A DNA stretch of 64,000 bases, taken from the NCBI RefSeq assembly GCF_009914755.1, contig NC_060933.1. One strand, written 5' to 3'. The position numbers and the translations under genes are program-made. The notes beneath the pieces were generated by a model. That model did no database searches and was not told where the DNA came from. It saw only the letters and a program-made list of their open reading frames with translations. This stretch comes from the human T2T-CHM13v2.0 reference genome, Homo sapiens. Shown here piece after piece: positions 43,701-58,500 of this stretch. Numbering within the stretch: position 1 is the first letter of the stretch; the number at the start of each line of letters is the position of its first letter.

Positions 43701-46700
43701 AATGGAAACAACCCGAATGGAATGGAATGTAATGGAGTGTAAGGGAATTGAATACAATCCATCCGAATATAATGGAATGGAATGGAACGGAATGGAATGG
43801 AATGCAATGCAGTGGAATGGAATCAAACCTAGTGCAATGGAATGGAATGGAATGGAATGGAATGGAATGGAATGGATTGGATTCAACCCAAATGGAATGG
43901 AAAGCAATGGAATCAACCCGAGTGGAATGGCATGGAATGGAATGGAATGGAATGGAATGTAATGTAATGGAATGGAATGGAATTAACGCGAATAGAATGG
44001 AACGGAATGTAATGGAACGGAATGGAATGGAATGGGATGGAATGGAATCAATCTGAGTGCAGGGGAATGGAATGGAATGGAATGCAATGGAATGGAATGG
44101 AATGGAATGGAATGCAATGGAATCAACTAGATTGCAATGGGATGGAATGGAATGGAATGGAATGGAATGGAATGGAATGGAATTAACCTGAACAGAATGG
44201 AATGGAATGGAATGGAACGGAATGGAATGGAATGGAATGGAATGGAATGCAATGGAATGGGATCAACGCGAGTGCAGGGGAATGGAATGGAATGGAATGC
44301 AATCTAATGGAATCAATCAATCCGAGTGCAATAGAATGCAGTGGAATGGAATGGAATGGAATGGAAAGTACCCGAATGGAATGGAATGTAATGGAGTGTA
44401 AGGGAATTAAAAAGAATCAATCCGAATGTAATGGAATGGAATTGAAAGGAAAGGAATGGAAAGGAATGGAATGGAATGGAACGGAATGAAATGGAATGGC
44501 ATAGAATGGAATGGAATCAACCCGAGCGCAATGGAATGGAATGGAATGGAATGGAATGTATTCAACCCGAATGGAATGGAAAGGAATGGAATAAACCCGA
44601 GTGAAATGGCATGGAAGGGAATGGAATGGAATGGAATGGTACGGAGTAGAATGGAATGGAACGAAATGAAATGGAATGGAATGGAATGGAATGGAATGAA
44701 CCCGTGAGCAATGGAATGGAATGGAATGGAATGGAAGGGAATGGAATGGGTTCAATTCGAATGGAATGGAAAGGAATGGAATCAACCCGAGTGCAATGGC
44801 ATGGAATGGAATGGAATGGAATGGAATGGAATGGAATGGAATGGATTCAACCCGAATGGAATGGAAAGGAATGGAATAAACCCGAGTGGAATGGCATGGA
44901 ATGGAGTGGAATGGAATGGAATGGAATGGAATGGAATGGAATGGAATGGAATGGAATTAACCCTAATAGAATGGAATGGAATGGAATGGAATGGAATGGA
45001 ATGGAATGGAATGGAAGGGAAGGGAATGGAATGGAATGGAATGGAATGGAATTAACACGAATAGAATGGAATGGAATGGAATGGAATGGAATGGAATGGA
45101 ATCAACTCGATTTCAATGGAATGGAATGGAATGGAATGGAATAGAATGGAAGGGAATGGAATGAAATTAACCCGAATAGAATGGAATGGAATGGAATGGA
45201 ATGGAATGGAATGGAATGGAATGGAATCCAACCGAGTGCAGTGGAATGGAATGGAATGGAATGCAATGGAATGGAATCATACGGAATGGAATGGAATGGA
45301 ATGGAATGGAATGAAATGGAATGGAATGCAATGGAATGGAATGGAATCAACCCGATTGCAATGGAATGGAGTGGAATGGAATGGAATGGAATGGAAACAA
45401 CCCGAATGGAATGGAATGTAATGGAGAGTAAGGGAATTGAATAGAATCAATACGAATGTAATGGAATGGAATGGAACGGAATGGAATGCAATGGAATGGA
45501 ATGGAATGCAATGGAATGGGATCAACCCGAGTGAAATGGAATGGAATCGAAAGGAATGGAATAGAATGGAATGGTTTCAACCCGAATGGAATGGAAAGGA
45601 ATGGAATCAACCCGAGTGGAATGGAATGGAATGGAATGGAATGGAATGGAATGGAATGGGTTCAACTCGAATGGAATGGAAAAGAATGGAATCAACCCGA
45701 GTGGAATGGCATGGAATGGAATGGAATGGAATGGAATGGAATGGAATGGAATGGAATGTATTCAACCCGAATGGAATGGAAGGGAATGGAATAAACCCGA
45801 GTGGAATGGCATGGAATAGAGTGGAATGGAATTGAATGGAAGGGAATGGTACGGAATAGAATGGAATGGAACGAAATGGAATGGAATGGAATGGAATGGA
45901 ATGGAATGAACCCGTGTGCAATTGAATGGAATCGAATGGAATGGAATGCAATGGAATGGATTCAACTAGAATGGAATGGAAAGGAATGGAATCAACCCGA
46001 GTGGAATGGCATGGAATGGAATGGAATGAAATGGAATGGAATGGAATGGAATGGAATGGAATGGTACGGAATAGAATGGAATGGAACGAAATGGAATGGA
46101 ATGGAATGGAATGGAATGGAATGGAATGGAATGGAATGGAATCAACCTGAGTGCAATGGAATGGAATGGAATGGAATGGAATGGAATGGAAACAACCCGA
46201 ATGGAATGGAATGTAATGGAGTGTAAGGAATTGAATACAATCAATCCGAATGTAATGGAATGGAATGGAACGGAATGGAATGGAATGGAATGCAGTGGAA
46301 TGGAATCAAACCTAGTGCAATGGAATGGAATGGAATGGAATGGAATGGAATGGATTGGATTCAACCGAAATGGAATGGAAAGCAATAGAATCAACCCGAG
46401 TGGAATGGCATGGAATGGAATGGAATGGAATGGAATGGAATGGAATGGTACGGAATAGAATGGAATGGAACGAAATGGAATGGAATGGAATGGAATGGAA
46501 CGGAATGGAATGGAATCAACTCGATTGCAATGGAATGTAATGGAATGGAATGGAATTAACGCGAATAGAATGGAATGGAATGGAATGGAACGGAATGTAA
46601 TGGAATGGGATGGAATGGAATCAATCTGAGTGCAGGGGAATGGAATGGAATGGAATGCAATGGAATGGAATGGAATGGAATGGAATGCAATGGAATCAAC

Positions 46701-48202
46701 TCGATTGCAATTGGATGGAATGGAATGGAATGGAATGGAATGGAATGGAAGGGAATGGAATGGAATGGAATTAACCTGAACAGAATGGAAAGGAATGGAA
46801 TGGAATGGAACGGAATGGAATGGAATAGAATGGAATGGAATCAACTCGATTGCAATGGAATGGAGTGGAATGGAATGGAATGGAATGGAAACAACCCGAA
46901 TGGAATGGAATGTAATGGAGTGTAAGGGAATTGAATAGAATCAATACGAATGTAATGGAAAGGAATGGAACGGAATGGAATGCAATGGAATGGAATGCAA
47001 TGCAATGGAATGGGATCAACCCGAGTGTAATGGAATGGAATCGAAAGGAATGGAATGGAATGGAATGGTTTCAACCTGAATGGAATGGAAAGGAATGGAA
47101 TCATCCCGAGTGGAATGGAATGGAATGGAATGGAATGGAATGGAATGGAATGGAATGGAATGGAATGGAATGAACCCGTGTGCAATGGAATGGAATCGAA
47201 TGGAATGGAATGGAATGGAATGGATTCAAGTCGAATGGAATGGAAAGGAATGGAATCAACCGGAGTGGAATGGCATGGAATGGAATGGAATGAAATGGAA
47301 TGGAATGGAATGGAATGGAATGAAATGGAATGGAATGGAATGGAATGGTACGGAATAGAACGGAATGAAACGAAATGGAATGCAATGGAATGGATTGGAA
47401 AGGAATGGAATGGAATCAACCCGAGTGCAGGGGAATGGAATGGAATGGAAGGCAATGGAATACAATCATCCGGAATTGAATGGAATGGAATGGAATGGAA
47501 TGGAATCAACTCGATTGCAATGGAATGTAATGGAATGGAATGGAATGGACTTAACCCTAATAGAATGGAATGGAATGGAATGGAAGGGAATGGAATGGAA
47601 TGGAATGGAATGGAATTAACCGGAATAGAATGCAATGGAATGGAATGGAATGGAATGGAATGGAATGGAATGAAATGGAATCAACTCGATTTCAATGGAA
47701 TGGAATGGAATGCAATGGAATGGAATGGAATGGAATGGAATGAAATTAACCCGAATAGAATGGAATGGAATGGAATGGAATGGAATGGAATGGAATGGAA
47801 TGGAATGGAATAGAGTGGAATGGAATGGAATGGAATAGAATGGAATCTACCCGAGTGCAGGGGAATGGAATGGAATGGAATGCAATGGAATGGAATCATA
47901 CGGAATGGAATGGAATGGAATGGAATGGAATCAACCTGATTGCAATGGAATAGAGTGGAATGGAATGGAATGGAATGGAAACAACCCGAATGGAATGGAA
48001 TGGAATGGAGTGTAAGGGAAGTGAATACAATCAATACGAATGTAATGGAATGGAATGGAACGGAATGGAATGCAATGGAATGGAATGGAATCCAATGGAA
48101 TGGGTTCAACCCGAGTGCAATGGAATGGAATCGAAAGTAATGGAATGGAATGGAATGGATTCAACACGAATGGAATGGAAAGGAATGGAATCAACCCGAG
48201 TG
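43689..48202 (-). repeat. Inverted sub-domain B
   Basis: Reverse complements of B modules: aaacctagtgc, aacccgtgtgc, aactcgatttcaa, aatcatacgg, aaccctaatag, ttcaagtcga. Confidence 0.85.
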
Positions 48203-49574
48203 CAGGGGAATGTAATGGAACGGAATGCAATGGAAAGGAATCATCCGGAATGGAATGGAATGGAATGGAATGGAATCAACCCGAGTGCAATGGAATGGAG
48301 TGGAATGGAATGGAATGGAATGGAACAACCCGAATGGAATGGAATGTAATGTAGAGTAAGGGAGTTGAAAAGAATCAATCCGAATGTAATGGAATGGAAT
48401 GGAACGGAATGGAATGGAATGGAATGGAATGGAATGGAATGCAATGGAATGGAATCAACCCGAGTACAATGGAATGGAATGGAATGGAATGGAATGGAAC
48501 GGAATGGAATGGAATGGAATGCAATGGAATGGCATCTTCTGGAATGGAAAGGAATGGAATGGAATGGACTGGAATGGAATGCAATGGATTCAACTCGATT
48601 CCAATGGAATGGAATAGAATGGAATGGAATGGAATGGAATGGAATTAAACCGAATAGAATGGAATGGAATGGAAAGGAACGGAACGGAACGGAACTGAAC
48701 GGAACGGAACGGAGTGGAATGGAATGGAATGGAATTGTATGGAATGGAATGGAATGGTACGGAATAGAATGGAATGGAATGAATTGGAATGGAATGGAAT
48801 CGAATAGAATGGAATGGAATGGAATGGAATCAACCCGAGTGCAGGGGAATGTAATGGAACGGAATGCAATGGAATGGAATCATCCGGAATGGAATGGAAT
48901 GGAATGGAATGGAATGGAATGGAATGGAATCAACCCGAGTGCAATGGAATGGAGTGGAATGGAATGGAATGGAATGGAATAGAATCAACTCGATTGGAAT
49001 GGAATGGAATGGAATGGAATTAACCCGAATAGAATGGAATGGAATGGAATGGAACGGAACGGAACGGACCGGAATGAAATGGAATGGAATGGAATGGAAT
49101 GGAATGGAATCAACCCGACTGCAGGGGAATGGAATGGAATGGAAAGCAATGGAATGGATTCAACTTGAATGGAATGGAAAGAATGGAATCAACACGAGTG
49201 GAATGCCACGGATTGGAATGGAATGGAATGGAATCAACCCGAGTACAGGGGAAAGGAATGGAATGGAATGCAATGGAATGGAATCATCCGTAATGCAATG
49301 GAAAGATATGGAATGGGATGGAATGGAATGGAATGGAATGGCATGGAATCAACTCGATTGCAATCGAATGGAATGGAATGGAATTAACCCGAATAGAATG
49401 GAATGGAATGGAATGGAACGGAACGGAACGGAATGGAATGGAATGGAATGGAATGGAATGGAACGGAAAGGAATGGAATGGATTGGAATGGAATGGAATG
49501 GAATGGAATGGAATGGAATGGAATGGAATCAACGTGAGTGCAGGGGAATGGAATGGAATGGAATGCAATGGAAT

Positions 49575-52500
49575 GGAATCTTCCGGAATGGAATGGAATG
49601 GAATAGAATGGAATGGAATGGAATGGAATCAACTCGATTGCAATCGAATGGAATGGAATGGAATTAACCCGAATAGAATGGAATGGAATGGAATGGAACG
49701 GAACGGAATGGAATGGAATGGAATGGAATGGAATGGAACGGAACGGAACGGAACGGAATGGAATGGAATGGAATGGAATGGAATGGAATGGAATCAACGC
49801 GAGTGCAGGGAAATGGAATGGAATGGAATGCAATGGAATGGAATCTTCCGGAATGGAATGGAATGGAATTAAATGCAATGGATTCAACTCGATTGCAATG
49901 GAATGGAATAGAATGGAATGGAATGGAATGGAATGGAATGGAATGGAATGGAATTAACCCGAATAGAACGGAATGGAATGGAATGGAACGGAATGGAACG
50001 GAATGGAATGGAATGGAATGCAATGGAATGATATGGAATGGAATGGAATGGTATGGAATAGAATGGAATGGAACGAATTGTAATGGAACGGAATTGAATG
50101 GAATGGAATGGAATCAACGCGAGTTTAGGGGAATGTAATGGAACGGAATGCAATGGAATGGAATCATCCGTAATGGAATGGAATGGAATGGAATGGAATG
50201 GAATCAACCCGAGAGCAATGGAATGGAGTGGAATGGAATGGAATGGAATGGAACAACCCGAATGGAATGGAATGTAATGGAGAGTAAGGGAGTTGAATAG
50301 AATCAATCCGAATGTAATGGAATGGAATGCAACGGAATGGAATGGAATGTAATGGAATGGAATGCAATGGAATGGAATCAACCCGAGTACAATGAAATGG
50401 AATGGAATGGAATGGAATGGAATGGAATGGAACGGAATGGAATGGAATGCCTTCAAACCGAATAGAATGGAAAGGAATGGAATCAACACGAGTGGAATGG
50501 AATGGAATGGAAAGGAATGGAATGGAATGGAATGGTATGGAATAGAATGGAATGGAACAAAATGGAATGGAATGGAATGGAATGGAATGGAATGGAATGG
50601 AATGGAATGATACGGAATAGAATGGAATGGAACAAAATGGAATGGAATGGAATGGAATGGAATGGAATGGAATGGAATGGAATGGAATCAACCAGAGTGG
50701 AATGGATGGGAATGGAATGGAATGGAAACTAATAGAATGGAATCAACCCGAGTGGAATGGAATGGAAAGGACTGGAATGGAAAGGAATGGAATGGAATGG
50801 AATGGAATGGAATCAACGCGAGTGCAGGGGAATGGAATGGAATCGAATGGAATGGAATGGAATGGAATGGATTCAACCCGAGTGCAGGGGAATGTAATGA
50901 AACGGAATGCAATGGAATGGAATCATCCGGAATGGAAAGGAATGGAATGGAATGGAAACAACCCGAGTGCAATGGAATGGAGTGGAATGGAATGGAATGG
51001 AATGGAACAACCCGAATGGAATGGAATGTAATGGAGATTAAGGGAGTTGAAAAGAATCAATCCGAATGTAATGGAATGGAATGGAACGGAATGGAATGGA
51101 ATGGAATGGAATGGAATGGAATGGAATGGAATGCAATGTAATGGAAGCAACACGAGTGCAATGGAATGGAATGGAATGGAATGGAATGGAATGGAATGGA
51201 ATGGAATGGAATGGAATGCAATGGAATGGAATCTTCCGGAATGGAATGGAATGGAATGGAATGGAATGGAATGGAATGGAATGCAATGCATTCAACTCGA
51301 TTGCCATGGAATGGAATAGAATGGAATGGAATGGAATGGAATGGAATTAAACCGAATAGAATGGAATGGAATGGAATGGAACGGAACGGAAAGGAAAGGA
51401 AGGGAATGGAATGGAATAGAATGGAATGGAATGGAATGGAATGGAATGGAATTAAACCGAACAGAATGGAATGGAATGGAATGGAATGGAATGGAATGGA
51501 ACGGAAAGGAAGGGAATGCAATGGAATAGAATGGAATGGAATGGAATCAACGCGAGTGCAGGGGAATGGAATGGAATGGAATGCAATGGAATGGAATCTT
51601 CCGGAATGGAATGGAATGGAATGGAATGGAATGGAATGGAATGGAATTAACCCGAGTGCAATGGAATGGAGTGGAATGGAATGGAATGGAATGGAACAAC
51701 CCGAATGGAATGGAATGTAATGGAGAGTAAGGGAGTTGAATAGAATCAATCCGAATGTAATGGAATGGAATGGAATGGAATGGAATTGAATGGAATGGAA
51801 TGGAATGCAATGGAATGGAATCAACCCGAGTGCAATGGAATGGAGAGGAATGGAATGGAATGGAATGGAATGGAAACTACCCGAATGGAATGGAATTGAA
51901 TGTAATGGAGTGTAAGGGCATTGAATAGAATGAATCCGAATGTAATGGAATGGAATGGAACGGAATGGAATGGAATGGAATGGAATGGAATGGAATGCAA
52001 TGGAATGGAATCAACCCGAGTGCAATCGAATGGAATCGAATGGAATGGAATGCAATGGAATGGATTCAACTTGAATGGAATGGAAAGAATGGACTCAACA
52101 CGAGTGGAATGGCATGGATTGGAATGGAATGGAATGGAATCAACCCGAGTACAGGGGAATGGAATGGAATGGAATGCAATGGAATGGAATCATCCGTAAT
52201 GGAATGGAAAGGAATGGAATGGAATGGAATGGAATGGAATCAACTCGATTGCAATCGAATGGAATGGAATGGAATTAACCCGAATAGAATGGAATGGAAT
52301 GGAATGGAACGGAACGGAATGGAATGGAATTGAATGGAATGGAATGGAATGGAATGGAACGGAAAGGAATGGAATGGAATGGAATGGAATGGAATGGAAT
52401 GGAATGGAATGGAATGGAATGGAATCAAAGCGAGTGCAGGGTAATGGAATGGAATGGAATGCAATGGAATGGAATCTTCCGGAATGGAATGGAATGGAAT

Positions 52501-55500
52501 GGAATGGAATGAAATGCAATGGATTCAACTCGATTGCAATGGAATGGATTAGAATGGAATGGAATGGAATGGAATGGAATGGAATGGAATGGAATGGAAT
52601 GGAATGGAATTAACCCGAATAGAATGGAATGGAATGGAATGGAACGGAATGGAACCGAATGGAATGGAATGGAATGGTATGGAATGGAATGGAATGGTAC
52701 GGAATAGAATGGAATAGAACGAATTGTAATGGAATTGAATTGAATGGAATGGAATGGAATGGAATGGAATCAACGCAAGTGCAGGGGAATGTAATGGAAC
52801 GGAATGCAATGGAATGGAATCATCCGGAATGGAATGGAATGGAATGGAATGGAATCAACCCGAGTGCAATGGAATGGAGTGGAATGGAATGGAATGGAAT
52901 GGAACAACCCGAATGGAATGGAATGTAATGGAGAGTAAGGGAGTTGAATAGAATCAATCCGAATGTAATGGAATGGAATGCAACGGAATGGAAAGGAATG
53001 GAATGGAATGGAATGGAATGCAATGGAATGGAATCAACCCGAGTACAATGGAATGGAATGGAATGGAATGGAAAGGACTGGAATGGAATGGAATGGAATG
53101 GAATGGAATGGAATGGAATCAACTCGATTGTAATGGAATGGAATGGAATGGAATGGAATGGAATGGAATTAACCCGAATACAATGGAATGGAATGGAATG
53201 GAACGGAATGGAGTGGAATGGAATGGAATCAACCCGAGTGCAGGGGAATGGAATGGAATGGAATGCAATGGAATGGAATCAACTCGATTGCAATGGAATG
53301 GAATGGAATGGAAAGGAATACATTGGAATCAACCCGAGTGGAATGGAATGGAAAGGAATGGAATGGAATGGAATGGAATGGAATGGAATGGAATGGAATC
53401 AACTCGATTGGAATGGAATGGAATGGAATGGAATGGAATTAACCCGAATAGAATGGAATGGAATGGAATGGAACGGAACGGAACAGAATGGAATGGAATG
53501 GAATGGAATGGAATGGAATGGAATGGAATGGAATGGAATCAACCCGACTGCAGGGGAATGGAATGGAATGGAATGCAATGGAATGCATTCAACTTGAATG
53601 GAATGGAAAGAATGGAATCAACACCAGTGGAATGGCATGGATTGGAATGGAATGGAATGGAATCAACCCGAGTAGAGGGGAATGGAATGGAATGGAATGC
53701 AATGGAATGGAATCATCCGTAATGGAATGGAAAGGAATGGAATGGAATGGAATTAACCCGAATAGAATGGAATGGAATGGAATGGAACAGAATGGAACGG
53801 AAAGGAATGGAATGGAATGGAATGGAATGGAATGGTATGGAATGGAATGGAATGGTACGGAATAGAATGGAATGGAACGAATTGTAATGGAATGGAATTG
53901 AATGGAATGGAATGGAATGGAATGGAATCAACGCGAGTGCAGGGGAATGTAATGGAACGGAATGCAATGGAATGGAATCATCCGGAATGGAATGGAATGG
54001 AATGGAATGGAATGGAATGGAATGGAATGGAATCAACCCGAGTGCAATGGAAAGGAGTGGAATGGAATGGAATGGAATGGAACAACCCGAATGGAATGGA
54101 ATGTAATGGAGAGTAAGGGAGTTGAATAGAATCAATCCGAGTGTAATGGAATGGAATGCAACGGAATGGAATGGAATGGAATGGAATGGAATGCAATGGA
54201 ATGGAATCAACTCGAGTACAATGGAATGGAATGGAATGGAATGGAATGGAATGGAATGGAATGATACGGAATAGAATGGAATGGAACGAAATGGAATGGA
54301 ATGGAATGGAATGGAATGGAATGGAATGGAATGGAATCGTTCCGAGTGGAATACGAGGGAATGTATTCGAGTGGAATGGAAAGGAATGGAATCAACCAGA
54401 GTGGAATGGAAGGGAATGGAATGGAATGAAAACTAATAGAATGGAATCAACCCGAGTGGAATGGAATGGAAAGGACTGGAATGGAATGGAATGGAATGCA
54501 ATCAACTCGATTGTAGTGGAATGGAATGGAATGGAATGGAATGGAATGGAATGGAATTAACCCGAATACATTGGAATGGAATGGAATGGAACGGAATGGA
54601 GTGGAATGGAATGGAATCAAACCGAGTGCAGGGGAATGGAATGGAATGGAATGCAATGGAATGGAATCATCCGGAATGGAATGGAATGGAATGGAATGCA
54701 AAGCAATGGAATCAACTCGACTGCAATGGAATGGAATGGAATGGAAAGGAATACATTGGAATCAACCCGAGTGGAATGGAATGGAAAGGACTGGAATGGA
54801 GTGGAATGGAATGGAATGGAATGGAATGGAATCAACTCGATTGGAATGGAATGGAATGGAATGGAATGGAATGGAATGGAATTAACCCGAATAGAATGGA
54901 ATGGAATGGAATGGAACGAAACGGAACGGAACGGAATGGAATGGAATGGAATGGAATGGAATGGAATGGAATGGAATGGAATCAACCCGACTGCAGGGGA
55001 ATGCAATGGAATGCAATGCAATGGAATGGATTCAACTTGAATGGAATGGAAAGAATGGAATCAACACGAGTGGAATGGCATGGATTGGAATGGAATGGAA
55101 TGGAATCAACCCGAGTACAGGGGAATGGAATGGAATGGAATGCAATGGAATGGAATCATCCGTAATGGAATGGAATGGAATGGAATGGAATGGAATGGAA
55201 TGGAATGGAATGGAATGGAATGGAATCAACTCGATTGCAATCGAATGGAATAGAATGGAATTAACCCGAATAGAATGGAATGGAATGGAATGGAACGGAA
55301 CGGAAAGGAATGGAATGGAACGGAATGGAAGGGAATGGAATGGAATAGAATGGAATGGAATGGAATCAACGCGAGTGCAGGGGAATGGAATGGAATGGAA
55401 TGCAATGGAATGGAATCTTCCGGAATGGAATGGAATGGAATGGAATGCAATGGAATGGAATCAACTCGAGTGCAATGGAATGGAGTGGAATGGAATGGAA

Positions 55501-58500
55501 TGGAACGGAACAACCCGAATGGAATGGAATGTAATGGAGAGTAAGGGAGTTGAATAGAATCAATCCGAATGTAATGGAATGGAAAGGAACGGAATTGAAT
55601 GGAATGGAATGGAATGGAATGCAATGGAATGGAATCAACCCGAGTGCAATGGAATGGAGAGGAATGGAATGGAATGGAATGAAAACTACCCGAATGGAAT
55701 GGAATGTAATGGAGTGTAAGGGAATTGAATAGAATCAATCCGAATGTAATGGAATGGAATGGAACGGAATGGAATGGAATGGAATGGAATGGAATGGAAT
55801 GCAATGGAATGGAATCAACCCGAGTGCAATCGAATGGAATTGAATAGAATGGAATGCAATGGAATGGATTCAACTTGAATGGAATGGAAAGTATGGAATC
55901 AACACGAGTGGAATGGCATGGATTGGAATGGAATGGAATGGAATCAACCCGAGTACAGGGGAATGGAATGGAATGGAATGCAATGGAATGGAATCATCCG
56001 TAATGGAATGGAAAGGAATGGAATGGAATGGAATGGAATGGAATGGAATGGAATGGAATCAACTCGATTGCAATCGAATGGAATGGAATGGAATTAACCC
56101 GAATAGAATGGAATGGAATGGAACGGAACGGAACGGAATAGAATGGAATGGAATGGAATGGAATGGAATGGAACAGAACGGAATGGAATGGAATGGAATG
56201 GAATGGAATCAACGCGAGTGCAGGGGAATGGAATGGAATGGAATGCAATGGAATGGAATCTTCCGGAATGGAATGGAATGGAATGGAATGGAATGAAATG
56301 CAATGGATTCAACTCGATTGCAATGGAATGGAATAGAATGGAATGGAATGGAATGGAATGGAATTAATTCGAATAGAATGGAATGGAATGGAATGGAACG
56401 GAATGGAATGGAATGGAATTGAAAGGAATGGAATGGAATGGAATGGAATCAACGCGAGTGCAGGGGAATGTAATGGAACGGAATGCAATGGAATGGAATC
56501 ATCCGGAATGGAATGGAATGGAATGGAATGGAATGGAATGGAATCAATCCGAGTGCAATGGAATGGAGTGGAATGGAAGGGAATGGAATGGAACAACCCG
56601 AATGGAATGGAATGTAATGGAGAGTAAGGGAGTTGAATAGAATCAATCCGAATGTAATGGAATGGAATGCAACGGAATGGAATGGAATGGAATGGAATGG
56701 AATGGAATGATACGGAATAGAATGGAATGGAACGAAATGGAATGGAATGGAATGGAATGGAATGGAAAGGAATCGTTCCGAGTGGAATAGGAGGGAATGT
56801 ATTCGAGTGGAATGGAAAGGAATGGAATCAACCAGAGTGGAATGGAAGGGAATGGAATGGAATGGAAACTAATAAAATGGAATCAACCCGAGAGGAATGG
56901 AATGGAAAAGACTGGAATGGAATGGAATGGAAAGGAATCAACTCGATTGTAATGGAATGGAATGGAATGGAATGGAATTAACCCGAATAGAATGGAATGG
57001 AATGGAATGGAACGGAATGGAATGGAACGAAAAGGAACGGAATGGAATGGAATAGAATGGAATGGAATGGAATCAACGCGAGTGCAGGGGAATGGAATGG
57101 AATGGAATGCAATGGAATGGAATCTTCCGGAATGGAATGGAATGGAATGGAATGGAATGGAATGGAATCAACCCGAGTGCAATGGAATGGAGTGGAATGG
57201 AATGGAATGGAATGGAACAACCCGAATGGAATGGAATGTAATGGAGAGTAAGGGAGTTGAATAGAATGAATCCGAATGTAATGGAATGGAATGGAACGGA
57301 ATGGAATTGAATGGAATGTAATGGAATGCAATGGAATGGAATCAACCCGAGTTCAATGGAATGGAATGGAATGGAATGGAATGGAATGGAATGGAATGGA
57401 ATGGAATGATACGGAATAGAATGGAATGGAACGAAATGGAATGGAATGGAATGGAATGGAAGGGAATGGAATGGAATGGAATGATACGGAATAGAATGGA
57501 ATGGAACGAAATGGAATGGAATGGAATGGAATGGAATGGAATGGAATGGAATGGAATCGTTCCGAGTGGAATAGGAGGGAATGTATTCGAGTGGAATGGA
57601 AAGGAATGGAATCAACCAGAGTGGAATGGAAGGGAATGGAATGGAATGGAAACTAATAGAATGGAATCAACCCGAGAGGAATGGAATGGAAAAGACTGGA
57701 ATGGAATGGAATGGAATGGAATCAACTCGATTGTAATGGAATGGAATGGAATGGAATGGAATTAACCCGAATAGAATGGAATGGAATGGAATGGAGTAGA
57801 ATGGAACGAAAAGGAAGGGAATGGAATGGAATAGAATGGAATGGAATGGAATCAACGCGAGTGCAGGGGAATGGAATGGAATGGAATCCAATGGAATGGA
57901 ATCTTCCGGAATGGAATGGAATGGAATGGAATGCAATGGAATGGAATCAACTCGAGTGCAATGGAATGGAGTGGAATGGAATGGAATGGAACGGAACAAC
58001 CCGAATGGAATGGAATGTAATGGAGAGTAAGGGAGTTGAATAGAATCAATCCGAATGTAATGGAATGGAAAGGAACGGAATTGAATGGAATGGAATGGAA
58101 TGGAATGCAATGGAATGGAATCAACCCGAGTGCAATGGAATGGAGAGGAATGGAATGGAATGGAATGAAAACTACCCGAATGGAATGGAATGTAATGGAG
58201 TGTAAGGGAATTGAATAGAATCAATCCGAATGTAATGGAATGGAATGGAACGGAATGGAATGGAATGGAATGGAATGGAATGGAATGCAATGGAATGGAA
58301 TCAACCCGAGTGCAATCGAATGGAATTGAATAGAATGGAATGCAATGGAATGGATTCAACTTGAATGGAATGGAAAGTATGGAATCAACACGAGTGGAAT
58401 GGCATGGATTGGAATGGAATGGAATGGAATCAACCCGAGTACAGGGGAATGGAATGGAATGGAATGCAATGGAATGGAATCATCCGTAATGGAATGGAAA

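Noticed and set aside
43600-43800. Transposon or other foreign insertion at the inversion point
   Set aside because: Satellite joins satellite directly, with no poly-A, target-site duplication, Alu or L1 sequence visible here or anywhere in the window.
43553-44056. ORFs crossing the junction with an IPFHS-to-MEWNG switch
   Set aside because: A trivial consequence of the inversion, with no coding evidence.
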